This document shows positions 1 to 7,903 of a DNA stretch of 64,000 bases, piece by piece (position 1 is the first letter of the stretch; each line of letters begins with the position of its first letter). Made by a program: the position numbers and the translations under genes. The notes below the pieces were generated by a model that saw nothing but the letters and a program-made list of their open reading frames with translations, did no database searches and was not told the origin of the DNA. Location: the NCBI GenBank assembly GCA_965209055.1, contig OZ242374.1, forward strand, positions 1,600,001 to 1,664,000, written 5' to 3'. This DNA comes from Acidobacteriota bacterium (GTDB taxonomy: Bacteria; Acidobacteriota; UBA6911; RPQK01; JAJDTT01).

Positions 1-245
1 TTCTCCGGGGGTTGAGGATTGCGGCGGTGCCGCACGGGTTCCGGTCGAGTTTCCGGGACTGGGTGGCGGAGGAGACGGAACATCCCCGCGAGGTGGCGGA
101 GGCGGCGCTGGCGCACAAGGTGCGCAACCCGGTCGAGGCGGCCTACCGGCGCACGGACCTGTTCGAGCGGCGGCGTGTGCTCATGGAGGACTGGGCGGGC
201 TATCTGGCGGGCGAGAGTCGGCAACCGGTCGCGCCGTCGAGGTGA
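1..245 (+). CDS. P4-like tyrosine integrase, C-terminal part (cut by window edge)
   Basis: HGFRSSFRDW (HxxR box), LAH and catalytic Tyr in EAAYRRTD; nearly identical to the C-terminus of the integrase at 9294-10502. Confidence 0.92.
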   Translation, partial: LRGLRIAAVPHGFRSSFRDWVAEETEHPREVAEAALAHKVRNPVEAAYRRTDLFERRRVLMEDWAGYLAGESRQPVAPSR

Positions 246-386
246 CCATCGACAAGCGCCTGGGCCGCTTGCTTGGCCTCCCATTGAAAGTTTCCGTTGT
301 CCTCCCCCATGCGGCGCATTTTCTCACGACAGGCTGGAATTCTCCCTTCCCCATCTTCGCAGAGGCCTTCCCGCAGGGATCAATGA

Positions 387-497
387 AGAAGTGAGCGACC
401 CCCCCCCGCGCATGCCGCGCCGGTGTGCAACGGAGTGGAACACGGGCAGCGCCTGCGTGACGTGCGAGGCACGAAAACAGGGGGGTCGCTCACTTCT
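387..497. repeat. Perfect 18-bp inverted repeat AGAAGTGAGCGACCCCCC (387-404 / 480-497)
   Basis: Read directly; the GAGCGACCCCC core recurs as inverted pairs at 1387/1463 and 8707/8745. Confidence 0.9.
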
Positions 498-706
498 CCT
501 CCCCGGACTCTCCGTCCGGGCGCGCCTCCTCCGGAAGGACGGGGACAAACCGAAGGGAATCAACAAGATGGCGGAAAGGGGGCTTGTGAAACTCGCCGCT
601 CCGAGAGTGGAACACACCCCCCCATGTCTGTTTCACATCCCGGGACTTCGCCGGACTGGCCCCCCGGAGGTGGAACACGGCCCGGGAGCGGACCGCCGCA
701 TTGCCG

Positions 707-1291
707 TCAATGGGACTTTCCGTGCTCTTTGCAGCCCGTGGATCCACGACGTCCACGGGGTCCACTCGGGACCGGGCGCGCGCGGCCCCTCAGGCGCTCC
801 ACAACCCTCCTCCCGGTTTCCGCTGGAATCTGGACCGGGAGCCAGGTCCGGCCCCGGTCGATGCGGATGCGGTTTTGGGGGATGGGGGCGATGGCCCGCT
901 CCCGCCGGAGGTCGTCGCGGGCCACCGCGACCACTTGCACCGGGGGGTCTTGTGCGCGCAGCGCGGCCCAGAGCCGGGCGTGCTCCGCCCCCCACGAGCG
1001 TAGCTCCGAGTCGGCGTCCCGGCCGGGATCGACGTAGGCGAAGGTCGCCCGGTCCTCCTCCAAGGCCAGGGGGAGCTTGCGGGGGAAGTATCGGCTCCGC
1101 CCCTGGGCATGGACGGTATTGTGGCGGCACGGGAACAGCCGCCGGGAAAGGCCCAGCGCCTCCAGCGACTGCGACTGCTGCGTCACCTGCGGATCGACAG
1201 TGTTCATGGGGAGGTGAAAGGGCTTCCCGGTGTCGATCCGGGAGTGTAAGTGAGACAACGGGGGCGACTTACAACAGGGGAGCGATTTCAC
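707..1291 (-). pseudogene. Truncated fragment of a conserved mobile-element hypothetical protein (possibly replication/relaxation-like)
   Basis: Protein-like core LEALGLSRRLFP..RYFPRKLPLAL..ATFAYVDPG..LRSWGAEHARLWAALRA..VQVVAVAR with non-protein-like flanks; family recalled from memory, not searched. Confidence 0.4.
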
Positions 1292-1430
1292 TTACACACG
1301 CGATTTCCCCGATCTCTTTGTCGCTCATGCAGTTACGGCCACATTCCCGGCTTCGCCGCGCCCGCACGGGGAAAGCGGAGGTGGACGGGAGCGACCCCCC
1401 CTTTTTCCTGCCCGGTGCGGGCGCGGGGGT
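1219..1430 (+). repeat. 212-bp cis element, copy A (inverted copy at 8714-8925)
   Basis: Ungapped manual alignment; 1290-1430 versus reverse complement of 8714-8854 shows about 8 mismatches in 141 bp; 1219-1258 matches 8886-8925. Confidence 0.92.
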
Positions 1431-1622
1431 GTCGCGCAATTCACATTTGCGCCACACCCCCTGGGGGGGTCGCTCCCATCCAATTGATCCCTACGGGAAG
1501 GTCAGAAATGACACCCCTGGCGTGGCTGAATAGAGCCTGATGAGCGACCGGAACGGTAGCTTGAAACGGTCCCCCAAGTCACTAGGGGCCACGATGCTCT
1601 TCAGCCGATTCGGGGTCGGATG

Positions 1623-3065
1623 TCATTCCACCACTTCTCTCCACCATACATCACCTACCCTGACCGCACACTTCAGATCCACTGCGTTTGGAGGAGCTGG
1701 AATACGTGCGTCGCCTACATAATTGAGTACGACTGTTCCGCTTGGTCTCCCTCCGAACCATCTCAAGGTGTCGACCCACCGTCTCCCAGAATTCTCGATG
1801 GAATGATTGGACTCGTCGCGGGAATGACACCCAACAAGGTATTCAGAGAGCCGGTAGGTTTCTTCAAACGACCCCGTGATACGACACTGGGAGGGATTCG
1901 GCCATTCTCCGGGGAAAACTTGGCAATCAACGGAGAGCCAAGAGGCTTCCTGGGACATCCTCTTGAATGTCCTGTGATACTCAAACGGATCTGCGTTTGG
2001 CTCGGGTGGATGTGAGTCTGTCTTCTCTGGAATAAGCCTGCGGTCAAGATAGACCTCCCACTTCAAATCCTTAGTCCCTGCATAAATTCTGATCTCCCTG
2101 CGAACCTCCTGAACAATCCCCGGAGAGACTTTGCCTTCGAACGCCGTTATCCGAACGTCGCGTTCGAAACCCACTGCGGCGCGGATGATGCGGCAATCGA
2201 GATCGAATAGTCCACGATTGTGGATCTGGATGTGATAATAGGATTCATCACTTTCTATGACAGATCCGAAATACTCGATTCGAACCTCGGACGCCCCATA
2301 CGTGTACACGAGCTTTCCTTCAAAGCTGTCCACGGGTTCAGGCTCTGGATCTATTCCAAGAATCCAACTCCTAAGGACGGTTGTGTTGGAGTAACTTCCA
2401 GTACCAGAATGATTCGTGGCGCCTGCGACCCCCACCTGAGCCCATCCCTGCATGGTCCACAAGAGAAGCGGCCCGCCGCTATCTCCACACTCGATGTACC
2501 CACCCTGCTCACCATCAGTTCCAGCTAGCAAGACACGACCCACGTGCCCAATTCTCACAGGGGCCTTCTGTAGGAACACTGGACTGGCCGAGCGCGGCGC
2601 TTCCTCATCACAAGACCCAACAGACCGAGTTCTCCCCCACCCTACCGATGCTCCAATGTCTCCCTGGGACACCTCATCGTGAAGAGGGACAGGGGAGATT
2701 TCAGACACGCGCTCTGACAAGAAGATGATGGCGATATCAAGATCATCGTGAAGGTCGAAATGAGCAGATCTCTGAAAACGGGAAACTCTTCTGTCGAAGT
2801 AGATCCAAGCACTGTCAGAGTCCTCCACGCAGTGCTTCGCTGTGAGAACTCTGTCGGGAGCAACGAGGCTGCCTGTGCAGGAGAAAGTGCCTTCTCCGAC
2901 TCTGCTGCTGATCTCCACTACAAAGGGAAATTCCCCAGGAACAACGTCGCTTCCTCCAACGATGTGATCGTAATCGGTCTCTACAGAGCCCCCCTCACCT
3001 GAGAGTGGGGAGACTAGCGCCGTCAACGACAGAAGTGCTATCGGGATCGCACGGCACATACTCAT
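1623..3065 (-). CDS. Secreted trypsin-like serine protease (S1A) with unknown C-terminal extension
   Basis: Signal peptide, IVGG, CTGSL..VLTAKHC (His), DIAII (Asp), GDSGGP (Ser). Confidence 0.9.
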   Translation of the reverse strand: MSMCRAIPIALLSLTALVSPLSGEGGSVETDYDHIVGGSDVVPGEFPFVVEISSRVGEGTFSCTGSLVAPDRVLTAKHCVEDSDSAWIYFDRRVSRFQRSAHFDLHDDLDIAIIFLSERVSEISPVPLHDEVSQGDIGASVGWGRTRSVGSCDEEAPRSASPVFLQKAPVRIGHVGRVLLAGTDGEQGGYIECGDSGGPLLLWTMQGWAQVGVAGATNHSGTGSYSNTTVLRSWILGIDPEPEPVDSFEGKLVYTYGASEVRIEYFGSVIESDESYYHIQIHNRGLFDLDCRIIRAAVGFERDVRITAFEGKVSPGIVQEVRREIRIYAGTKDLKWEVYLDRRLIPEKTDSHPPEPNADPFEYHRTFKRMSQEASWLSVDCQVFPGEWPNPSQCRITGSFEETYRLSEYLVGCHSRDESNHSIENSGRRWVDTLRWFGGRPSGTVVLNYVGDARIPAPPNAVDLKCAVRVGDVWWREVVE

Positions 3066-3200
3066 CTCACCTCTCTTGACGCAACGATCCTGGAGTTTTC
3101 GGAGGCGAAGAACCTTTCTTGGTGTAGTTTCCTGTGTCTACTGATGGGATAGTGGAGATCACCTGATTTCTATTGGTCGCCAAGAGGCTATTTCCCGCGG

Positions 3201-3485
3201 CTAGACACGCTCGGCAATCCGGCGGCCAGACTCGATTTCTTCTCGCCGCAGTTTCCAGGTCTTTTGTAGGTTCAGCCACACCTGCGGGGTTGTCCTGAAG
3301 TAGCGCGCCAAACGCAATGCCGTATTGGCTGTCACACGCTGCTGCCCATTCAGGATCGCCGTAATTCGATTCACGGGCACATCCAGCGCCTTCGACAGCG
3401 CATTAGCCAACATGTCAAGAGCATCCAGTTCGTCCCGTAAGATCTCTCCCGGGTGCACCGACCGCATCCCATTTGTGAAGTTCAT
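3201..3485 (-). CDS. higA: HigA/VapI-family antitoxin, orphan
   Basis: VHPGEILRDEL..LDVPVNRITAILNG..TALRLARYF.TTPQVWLNLQ; start set at ATG 3485 after GAGG; no HigB recognisable upstream. Confidence 0.85.
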   Translation of the reverse strand: MNFTNGMRSVHPGEILRDELDALDMLANALSKALDVPVNRITAILNGQQRVTANTALRLARYFRTTPQVWLNLQKTWKLRREEIESGRRIAERV

Positions 3486-3760
3486 TGCCTCGACTCCCTC
3501 AGTTTCCGATCTTCCCTCAACTGGCAACGAGGAGCAACCGTGGTGCCCCGGAGCCCTCCGTCTCAGTTTCATGGTATACGGGGTGTGAGTGCCGCACCGA
3601 TCATGCTCGTTTGGCGACTCCGGGATTTATCTCGCTTGCCGCTTATGGTCCCCCCATAGACCGTCCCGCGAGGATGCGGCAACGTCCCTCACCGGACGCT
3701 GTGTTACATTGACGGGTCCATGAGCAGGCACAAACAAGAAGTCCGACCGGTGCAGGAAGG

Positions 3761-5608
3761 ATGTCGCCAAAAATATCCGGCCACTGGAAACCGAGAATCC
3801 TGGCCGTGATGCTCGCCGCTCTGGTGCTGGGACTTGGCCCTTCAGCGGCGGCGCAATCGCGAGATGATTTCTCCTATTGGGACGGCAACAGGGACCTGAC
3901 CTGCTCCGAAGCATTGAACCGCGATGAGGGGCTGCGGTTGCCGGCGTACAAGGACAACCGTGATGGCACCGGGATCATCTACGAGTGTCTTAAGCGGCAG
4001 CGGTCGAGCGACACGGACAACGACGACATCGCCTGTGACTCATCGTCGAACCCTAAAGGATACATTCCAAAAACACGAACCGAGGATCCGCAGCCCACGG
4101 GGTGCCCGCCGGATGCAGAGACTTGGCGCGGGCTGAAGGTCTGCGCGGAGCGGTCACGCGACGGCTACGATCGCGATGACTACGGATCGAGATACAAGAG
4201 TCTGGAAGACGACATCATCGCGGCGATGCCAGCGACGATGAAGAAAAATGGGCAGGTTTACACCCCGTATTCCTGCATCCTGTTCGACATTACGCCAGCG
4301 GGGACGGCGGCCACGGACATCGAGCACATCGTCGCTCTGGCGGAGGCGCACGACAGCGGGATCGCCGACTACAGGCGGCGGGACATCGCGAGCGACCTCG
4401 ATAACCTGACGATCGCAGACCCGACGGTGAACCGGTCGGCAAAGAGAGACCGGGATGCCGCCGAGTGGATGCCGGATCGACACGGCGCATGGTTCGCAGC
4501 TCGCGTGATTGCCGTGAAGCAAGAATATGAGTTGAGCGTCGACCCGGCGGAGCGCGACGCGCTCGAAAGGCTCCTCGGCGGCGATGAAGCCGAACTGAAC
4601 TGCGTTGGCGCGGTTTCCGTTCCGGGGGCGCCATCATTATCCGCCCGAGATGGCAATGGGACCGTGATACTCAGGTGGAATCCGCCAGCCAATGACGGCG
4701 GTGCGGCGGTCCTCAGCTACGATGTCCGCTATCGCGAGTCGGGCGCCAGCTGGGGCTCCTGGATGGAAGTCGAGGGTGGTACCACTGCACGCAGTACCAC
4801 CATCAAGGGACTGACCAATGGGACATCCTATGAATTCCAAGTGAGGGCAGTGTACGCCGACGGCGGCGGCCCGCCGGCCACGACGGAATCTACGCCCATG
4901 CCAAGTCTGCACTTCGCCCACTTTGCCAACGGTGAACAACGCGGAGTCACCATTACTTCTGAGATCGTCCTGATGAACGTGGAGAATTCCAAGATCTACC
5001 CGGTGGTCCTCTTCTACAACCAGATGGGTGAGCAGATTGACGCCGGAAGGGTCGTGGACCTGATGGAAGGCCTGATGATCACGGCGGATGGAGGCGTGGC
5101 ACCGGCCATGGGTCTCAAGGGCTTGGGCGAGATCACCATCCCGACCAACGGTCGAGGGGCCTTGGTGATCGGGTCGGCTAATGTGTTCTCAGACGGCCGC
5201 ATCGGCGGATTGCTGAGATTCATCGTCCCATCGCTCGGAGTGGCCGGAGTGGGAGCCAGCGAGCCCGTCAACGATGCCATATTTCCGGCTCGTTGGATGA
5301 AGGACGGCATCAATACCGGAGTTGCGATCCGTAACCTCAGCCCAGAGCGCACGACGGTCACTTGCGACCTGATGCGGGGCGGCCAAGTGGTGGAGCCGAA
5401 GGATGTCCCGCTCGACGGAGACGGGCATAGCTCTCAGTTTATTACCGAGGTGTTTGCTGACACCTTCACGAATACGGAAATGACCGAGTTCGTGGGGTCG
5501 GTGCGCTGCCGGGCGCCCGAGGGGTCCATGTTCACCGGCGTGGCCCTGGAGATGGATTTCAACCACCGGATCTTCACCACGCTTCCGATAGTGCCGGTCA
5601 ACCAATGA
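3761..5608 (+). CDS. Secreted multidomain protein: Excalibur-like Ca-binding, DUF1524/HNH nuclease, FN3 and C-terminal beta-rich domain
   Basis: Signal peptide (AAA-Q); DTDNDDIACD; DIEHIVALAEAHDSG..NL..NRSAKRDRDAAEWMP; FN3 LRWNPP..YDVRYR..GLTNGTSYEFQVRAV. Confidence 0.8.
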   Translation: MSPKISGHWKPRILAVMLAALVLGLGPSAAAQSRDDFSYWDGNRDLTCSEALNRDEGLRLPAYKDNRDGTGIIYECLKRQRSSDTDNDDIACDSSSNPKGYIPKTRTEDPQPTGCPPDAETWRGLKVCAERSRDGYDRDDYGSRYKSLEDDIIAAMPATMKKNGQVYTPYSCILFDITPAGTAATDIEHIVALAEAHDSGIADYRRRDIASDLDNLTIADPTVNRSAKRDRDAAEWMPDRHGAWFAARVIAVKQEYELSVDPAERDALERLLGGDEAELNCVGAVSVPGAPSLSARDGNGTVILRWNPPANDGGAAVLSYDVRYRESGASWGSWMEVEGGTTARSTTIKGLTNGTSYEFQVRAVYADGGGPPATTESTPMPSLHFAHFANGEQRGVTITSEIVLMNVENSKIYPVVLFYNQMGEQIDAGRVVDLMEGLMITADGGVAPAMGLKGLGEITIPTNGRGALVIGSANVFSDGRIGGLLRFIVPSLGVAGVGASEPVNDAIFPARWMKDGINTGVAIRNLSPERTTVTCDLMRGGQVVEPKDVPLDGDGHSSQFITEVFADTFTNTEMTEFVGSVRCRAPEGSMFTGVALEMDFNHRIFTTLPIVPVNQ

Positions 5609-5657
5609 CGAATAGAGAGCATCAATCCCACGGCCTCTCGCAGGATCCAATGTCATA

Positions 5658-6131
5658 TCAAACGGGTCGTGGCCAAGTTTTCCAATTTGAGGGGTTTTCG
5701 CCGCGCCGCTCGATCTCCTCTATGAGAGCCTGAATCGAGTGGGACGATCCCCAGCCATCGGCCGGGGCCAACCCATCCCGGACAATGTGAGGTCGTCCTG
5801 GGAGATAGGTCTTCGATTCGCGGAGGCTAATCCCCAACCGGCGGTTCGGGATCCACATGTGGTCTTTGACTGCGAATCCCCACGGCCACAGATCTGCTCC
5901 TGGGATCGACGATGAAAGCTCATGCGGTCCGTCTTTGGCAGCCCTCTGAAGACCCATGAAGACCATGTTCCCCGGACCGGGGAAATAGATCAGGATGAGA
6001 TCATTCTTCTTGACCTGATCCCGATATTTCCACCCTGTACTTTCGGTAAAGTGCTGATGTTCAAGGTCGCGGCAATTCCAATACTGTTTCGGATTTTGGC
6101 CGTCACCTTTCATTGCTTGCCAGATAGCCAT
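5658..6131 (-). CDS. Hypothetical protein, EVE/PUA-like
   Basis: RBS GGGG; aromatic N-terminus, then VKKNDLILIYFPG..FMGLQRA resembling the EVE vkpGD-hhhY..hhGh pattern. Confidence 0.5.
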   Translation of the reverse strand: MAIWQAMKGDGQNPKQYWNCRDLEHQHFTESTGWKYRDQVKKNDLILIYFPGPGNMVFMGLQRAAKDGPHELSSSIPGADLWPWGFAVKDHMWIPNRRLGISLRESKTYLPGRPHIVRDGLAPADGWGSSHSIQALIEEIERRGENPSNWKTWPRPV

Positions 6132-6206
6132 TCAAAGTTTCCCCTTTTTCCCTGATGGGATTGAATCAGGTCACACGACCGGAAACGGGAATCTAATTCC
6201 CGGGAA

Positions 6207-6395
6207 TCATCCAGTCAATATGTTGAGCAAGACCGCGAGGCTGGCGACCATGATAGCAAGACGCCACATCTTCGCCTCACTCGCGACGATCCTGGTTTCC
6301 AGACGGACAACCGCAGCATCAAGATTGGATTTGGTCGCCAGTTGCTCCCCGACTGGGATGGATTCTGCCTCTCTCCGAGCCGTGTCATTGGATGC
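6207..6395 (-). pseudogene. DUF1640/CCDC90-like remnant (coiled coil plus C-terminal TM) with no start codon
   Basis: Manual translation EQLATKSNLDAAVVRLETRIVASEAKMWRLAIMVASLAVLLNILTG*; not in the ORF track. Confidence 0.5.
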
Positions 6396-6899
6396 TCAAT
6401 ATCCGAATCGAGACTTCTGGTGTGGGCATGTCGTGCTCCTCTTGTACCGTGTCGGCAAGTCGCGATACCAGTCGCGGTAAGACACACGAGGTGGTTTGCA
6501 ATCACAAGAGGGAAAAGTCTCTGCTTCGTATTTTGCACGTTCCCAGTCGTGTTTTAGCAGCAATGCTATTCGACAAGCAAATGCCTCAGCGTGCTCCAAT
6601 TCCTTACCATCTGGCGGAAGTGTTACGCACTTGAGGATCTCCATATCCTCTATCCCGTGTTCGTCCTCGTAGTACGGATTGAGTCGCGCACGCAACTCAC
6701 TTCTGAGCCGATTAAGTCTCTTCTTGTCTCTACCAATCATGGCATCGTGAATGCACAATGCTGTCCATCTCACCTTCTCTCGCCACTTCGTCCGTTCTTG
6801 AGTGACATTCTCAACGCGCAGACGCTTTGACGCGATGTGCCAAGTGATGAAGGCAGTAATTGCTACGGGCAGTGTAGCTAGAGCCAAATCGTAAATCAT
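6396..6899 (-). CDS. Conserved hypothetical protein with N-terminal membrane anchor
   Basis: TM segment, then ENVTQERTKWRE..RLNP..LLLKHDWERAK, a pattern I recall from accessory-region proteins. Confidence 0.7.
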   Translation of the reverse strand: MIYDLALATLPVAITAFITWHIASKRLRVENVTQERTKWREKVRWTALCIHDAMIGRDKKRLNRLRSELRARLNPYYEDEHGIEDMEILKCVTLPPDGKELEHAEAFACRIALLLKHDWERAKYEAETFPSCDCKPPRVSYRDWYRDLPTRYKRSTTCPHQKSRFGY

Positions 6900-7022
6900 T
6901 TTCTTGGTTTGGGTTTCCTGACGATTTGAGGGACGTGTGATGGGGGAAAGATCGAAGTAGACGCGCCTCCTCCAAGTTTCAAAGACGAACCCGACGTGGA
7001 CTTCTAGAGAGAACCGTACGTG

Positions 7023-7586
7023 TCACAGACGGAGGAGGGACGACTGGACAATTTCTCGAGTCAATACTTGCCGCTGATCACAGGTCTGTCGCAATTCTCG
7101 ACTAGCGCTAGAGTCCCGACGATCTCTCCCATGCCACAGCGTTGTGAGAATTCCTTCTCTCTTCACGGCCTCGATTGCAGGTACGAAGTCGCTGTCCCCG
7201 GACAACAGCACTACCTTTGCGAGTCGATTCTTCGCGGCTAGCAATGCCATGTCCACGCCTAGCATGAGGTCAACACCCTTCTGTTGGAATATCCGTTTGC
7301 CGTCCGAGTCCGTACCGCGGAGCACGAGCTTCCCCAATCGCACGTCGAAGTTGGGAATGTTCCGGAGTGCGTCCTCAAAGCGCCGCCAGGAGCTATAGCG
7401 AGCCCTCTCGTCTTCGGTGGGTGGGTTGCTCTGATACGGTCGACAATTATAGTAGTAGGTGCGGAGTAGTACATCGTCCCCAACCATGGCATCAACAAGA
7501 AGTCGAAAATCAACCCTTGCTCGTGAGTGTTCGTGCTGGAGCACCTTTTCGAGATAAGCCCCGTCAATGAATACTGCTGTGAACAC
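7023..7586 (-). CDS. NYN (LabA/DUF88, PIN-like) domain ribonuclease
   Basis: AVFIDGAY, QKGVD..LGVDM, LLSGDSDFVP (all acidic catalytic positions present); start moved to GTG 7586 because the longer ORF runs through a terminator hairpin. Confidence 0.88.
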   Translation of the reverse strand: MFTAVFIDGAYLEKVLQHEHSRARVDFRLLVDAMVGDDVLLRTYYYNCRPYQSNPPTEDERARYSSWRRFEDALRNIPNFDVRLGKLVLRGTDSDGKRIFQQKGVDLMLGVDMALLAAKNRLAKVVLLSGDSDFVPAIEAVKREGILTTLWHGRDRRDSSASRELRQTCDQRQVLTREIVQSSLLRL

Positions 7587-7612
7587 TGTGGATGCCTGTT
7601 GGGAAGCACACC

Positions 7613-7745
7613 AGAAAAGGGAAAGGGCCGGAACAAACCGGCCCTTTCCTTTTTTCATTTTTTCCCACCGTGCCTTAGGAATACTACGGGATCCGAAAAA
7701 GGTTGCAGTCCCGGCTCCATCAGGAACGATGGGGTCCATTCCGTC
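7613..7745 (-). ncRNA. Candidate ~130-nt structured leader or small RNA upstream of NYN
   Basis: Lies between a promoter and the terminator; stems CCAUCG/UGAUGG and ACUGC/GUAGU pair fully (with G-U) only on the minus strand. Confidence 0.4.
7615..7655. terminator. Intrinsic terminator-like hairpin 30-70 bp upstream of the NYN gene
   Basis: 12-bp perfect stem GGAAAGGGCCGG (7620-7631) / CCGGCCCTTTCC (7638-7649), with a pyrimidine/T run after it on both strands. Confidence 0.75.
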
Positions 7746-7751
7746 AGAGCC

Positions 7752-7781
7752 ATCCTAACCAATGGATCTCGATACTGTCAA
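7752..7781 (-). promoter_or_regulatory. sigma70-type promoter TTGACA-N18-TAGGAT
   Basis: Perfect -35 at 7781-7776, -10 at 7757-7752, AT-rich DNA upstream. Confidence 0.6.
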
Positions 7782-7903
7782 CAATAATTTAGGTCAAAAA
7801 TGTCTTGATTGGATAAGGATACTTGAGAGCTTAGGCGTGCCGTCATGGATTCTTGATAAATCCCTAAACAATAGTCACAGTTCCCGGGCCATCCACTTGA
7901 CTT

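Noticed and set aside
19-1533. 504-aa ORF
   Set aside because: Low-complexity Arg/Pro/Gly content; overlaps the integrase and non-coding repeats; a GC-rich shadow ORF.
6207-6899. Stop-codon readthrough joining the 167-aa ORF to the in-frame DUF1640-like tail
   Set aside because: A shared frame has a one-in-three chance, and the upstream protein already ends shortly after its conserved motif.
1623-7739. Integron cassette array
   Set aside because: The integrases are P4-like with arm-binding domains, not IntI, and I found no RYYYAAC...GTTRRRY attC sites between the genes.
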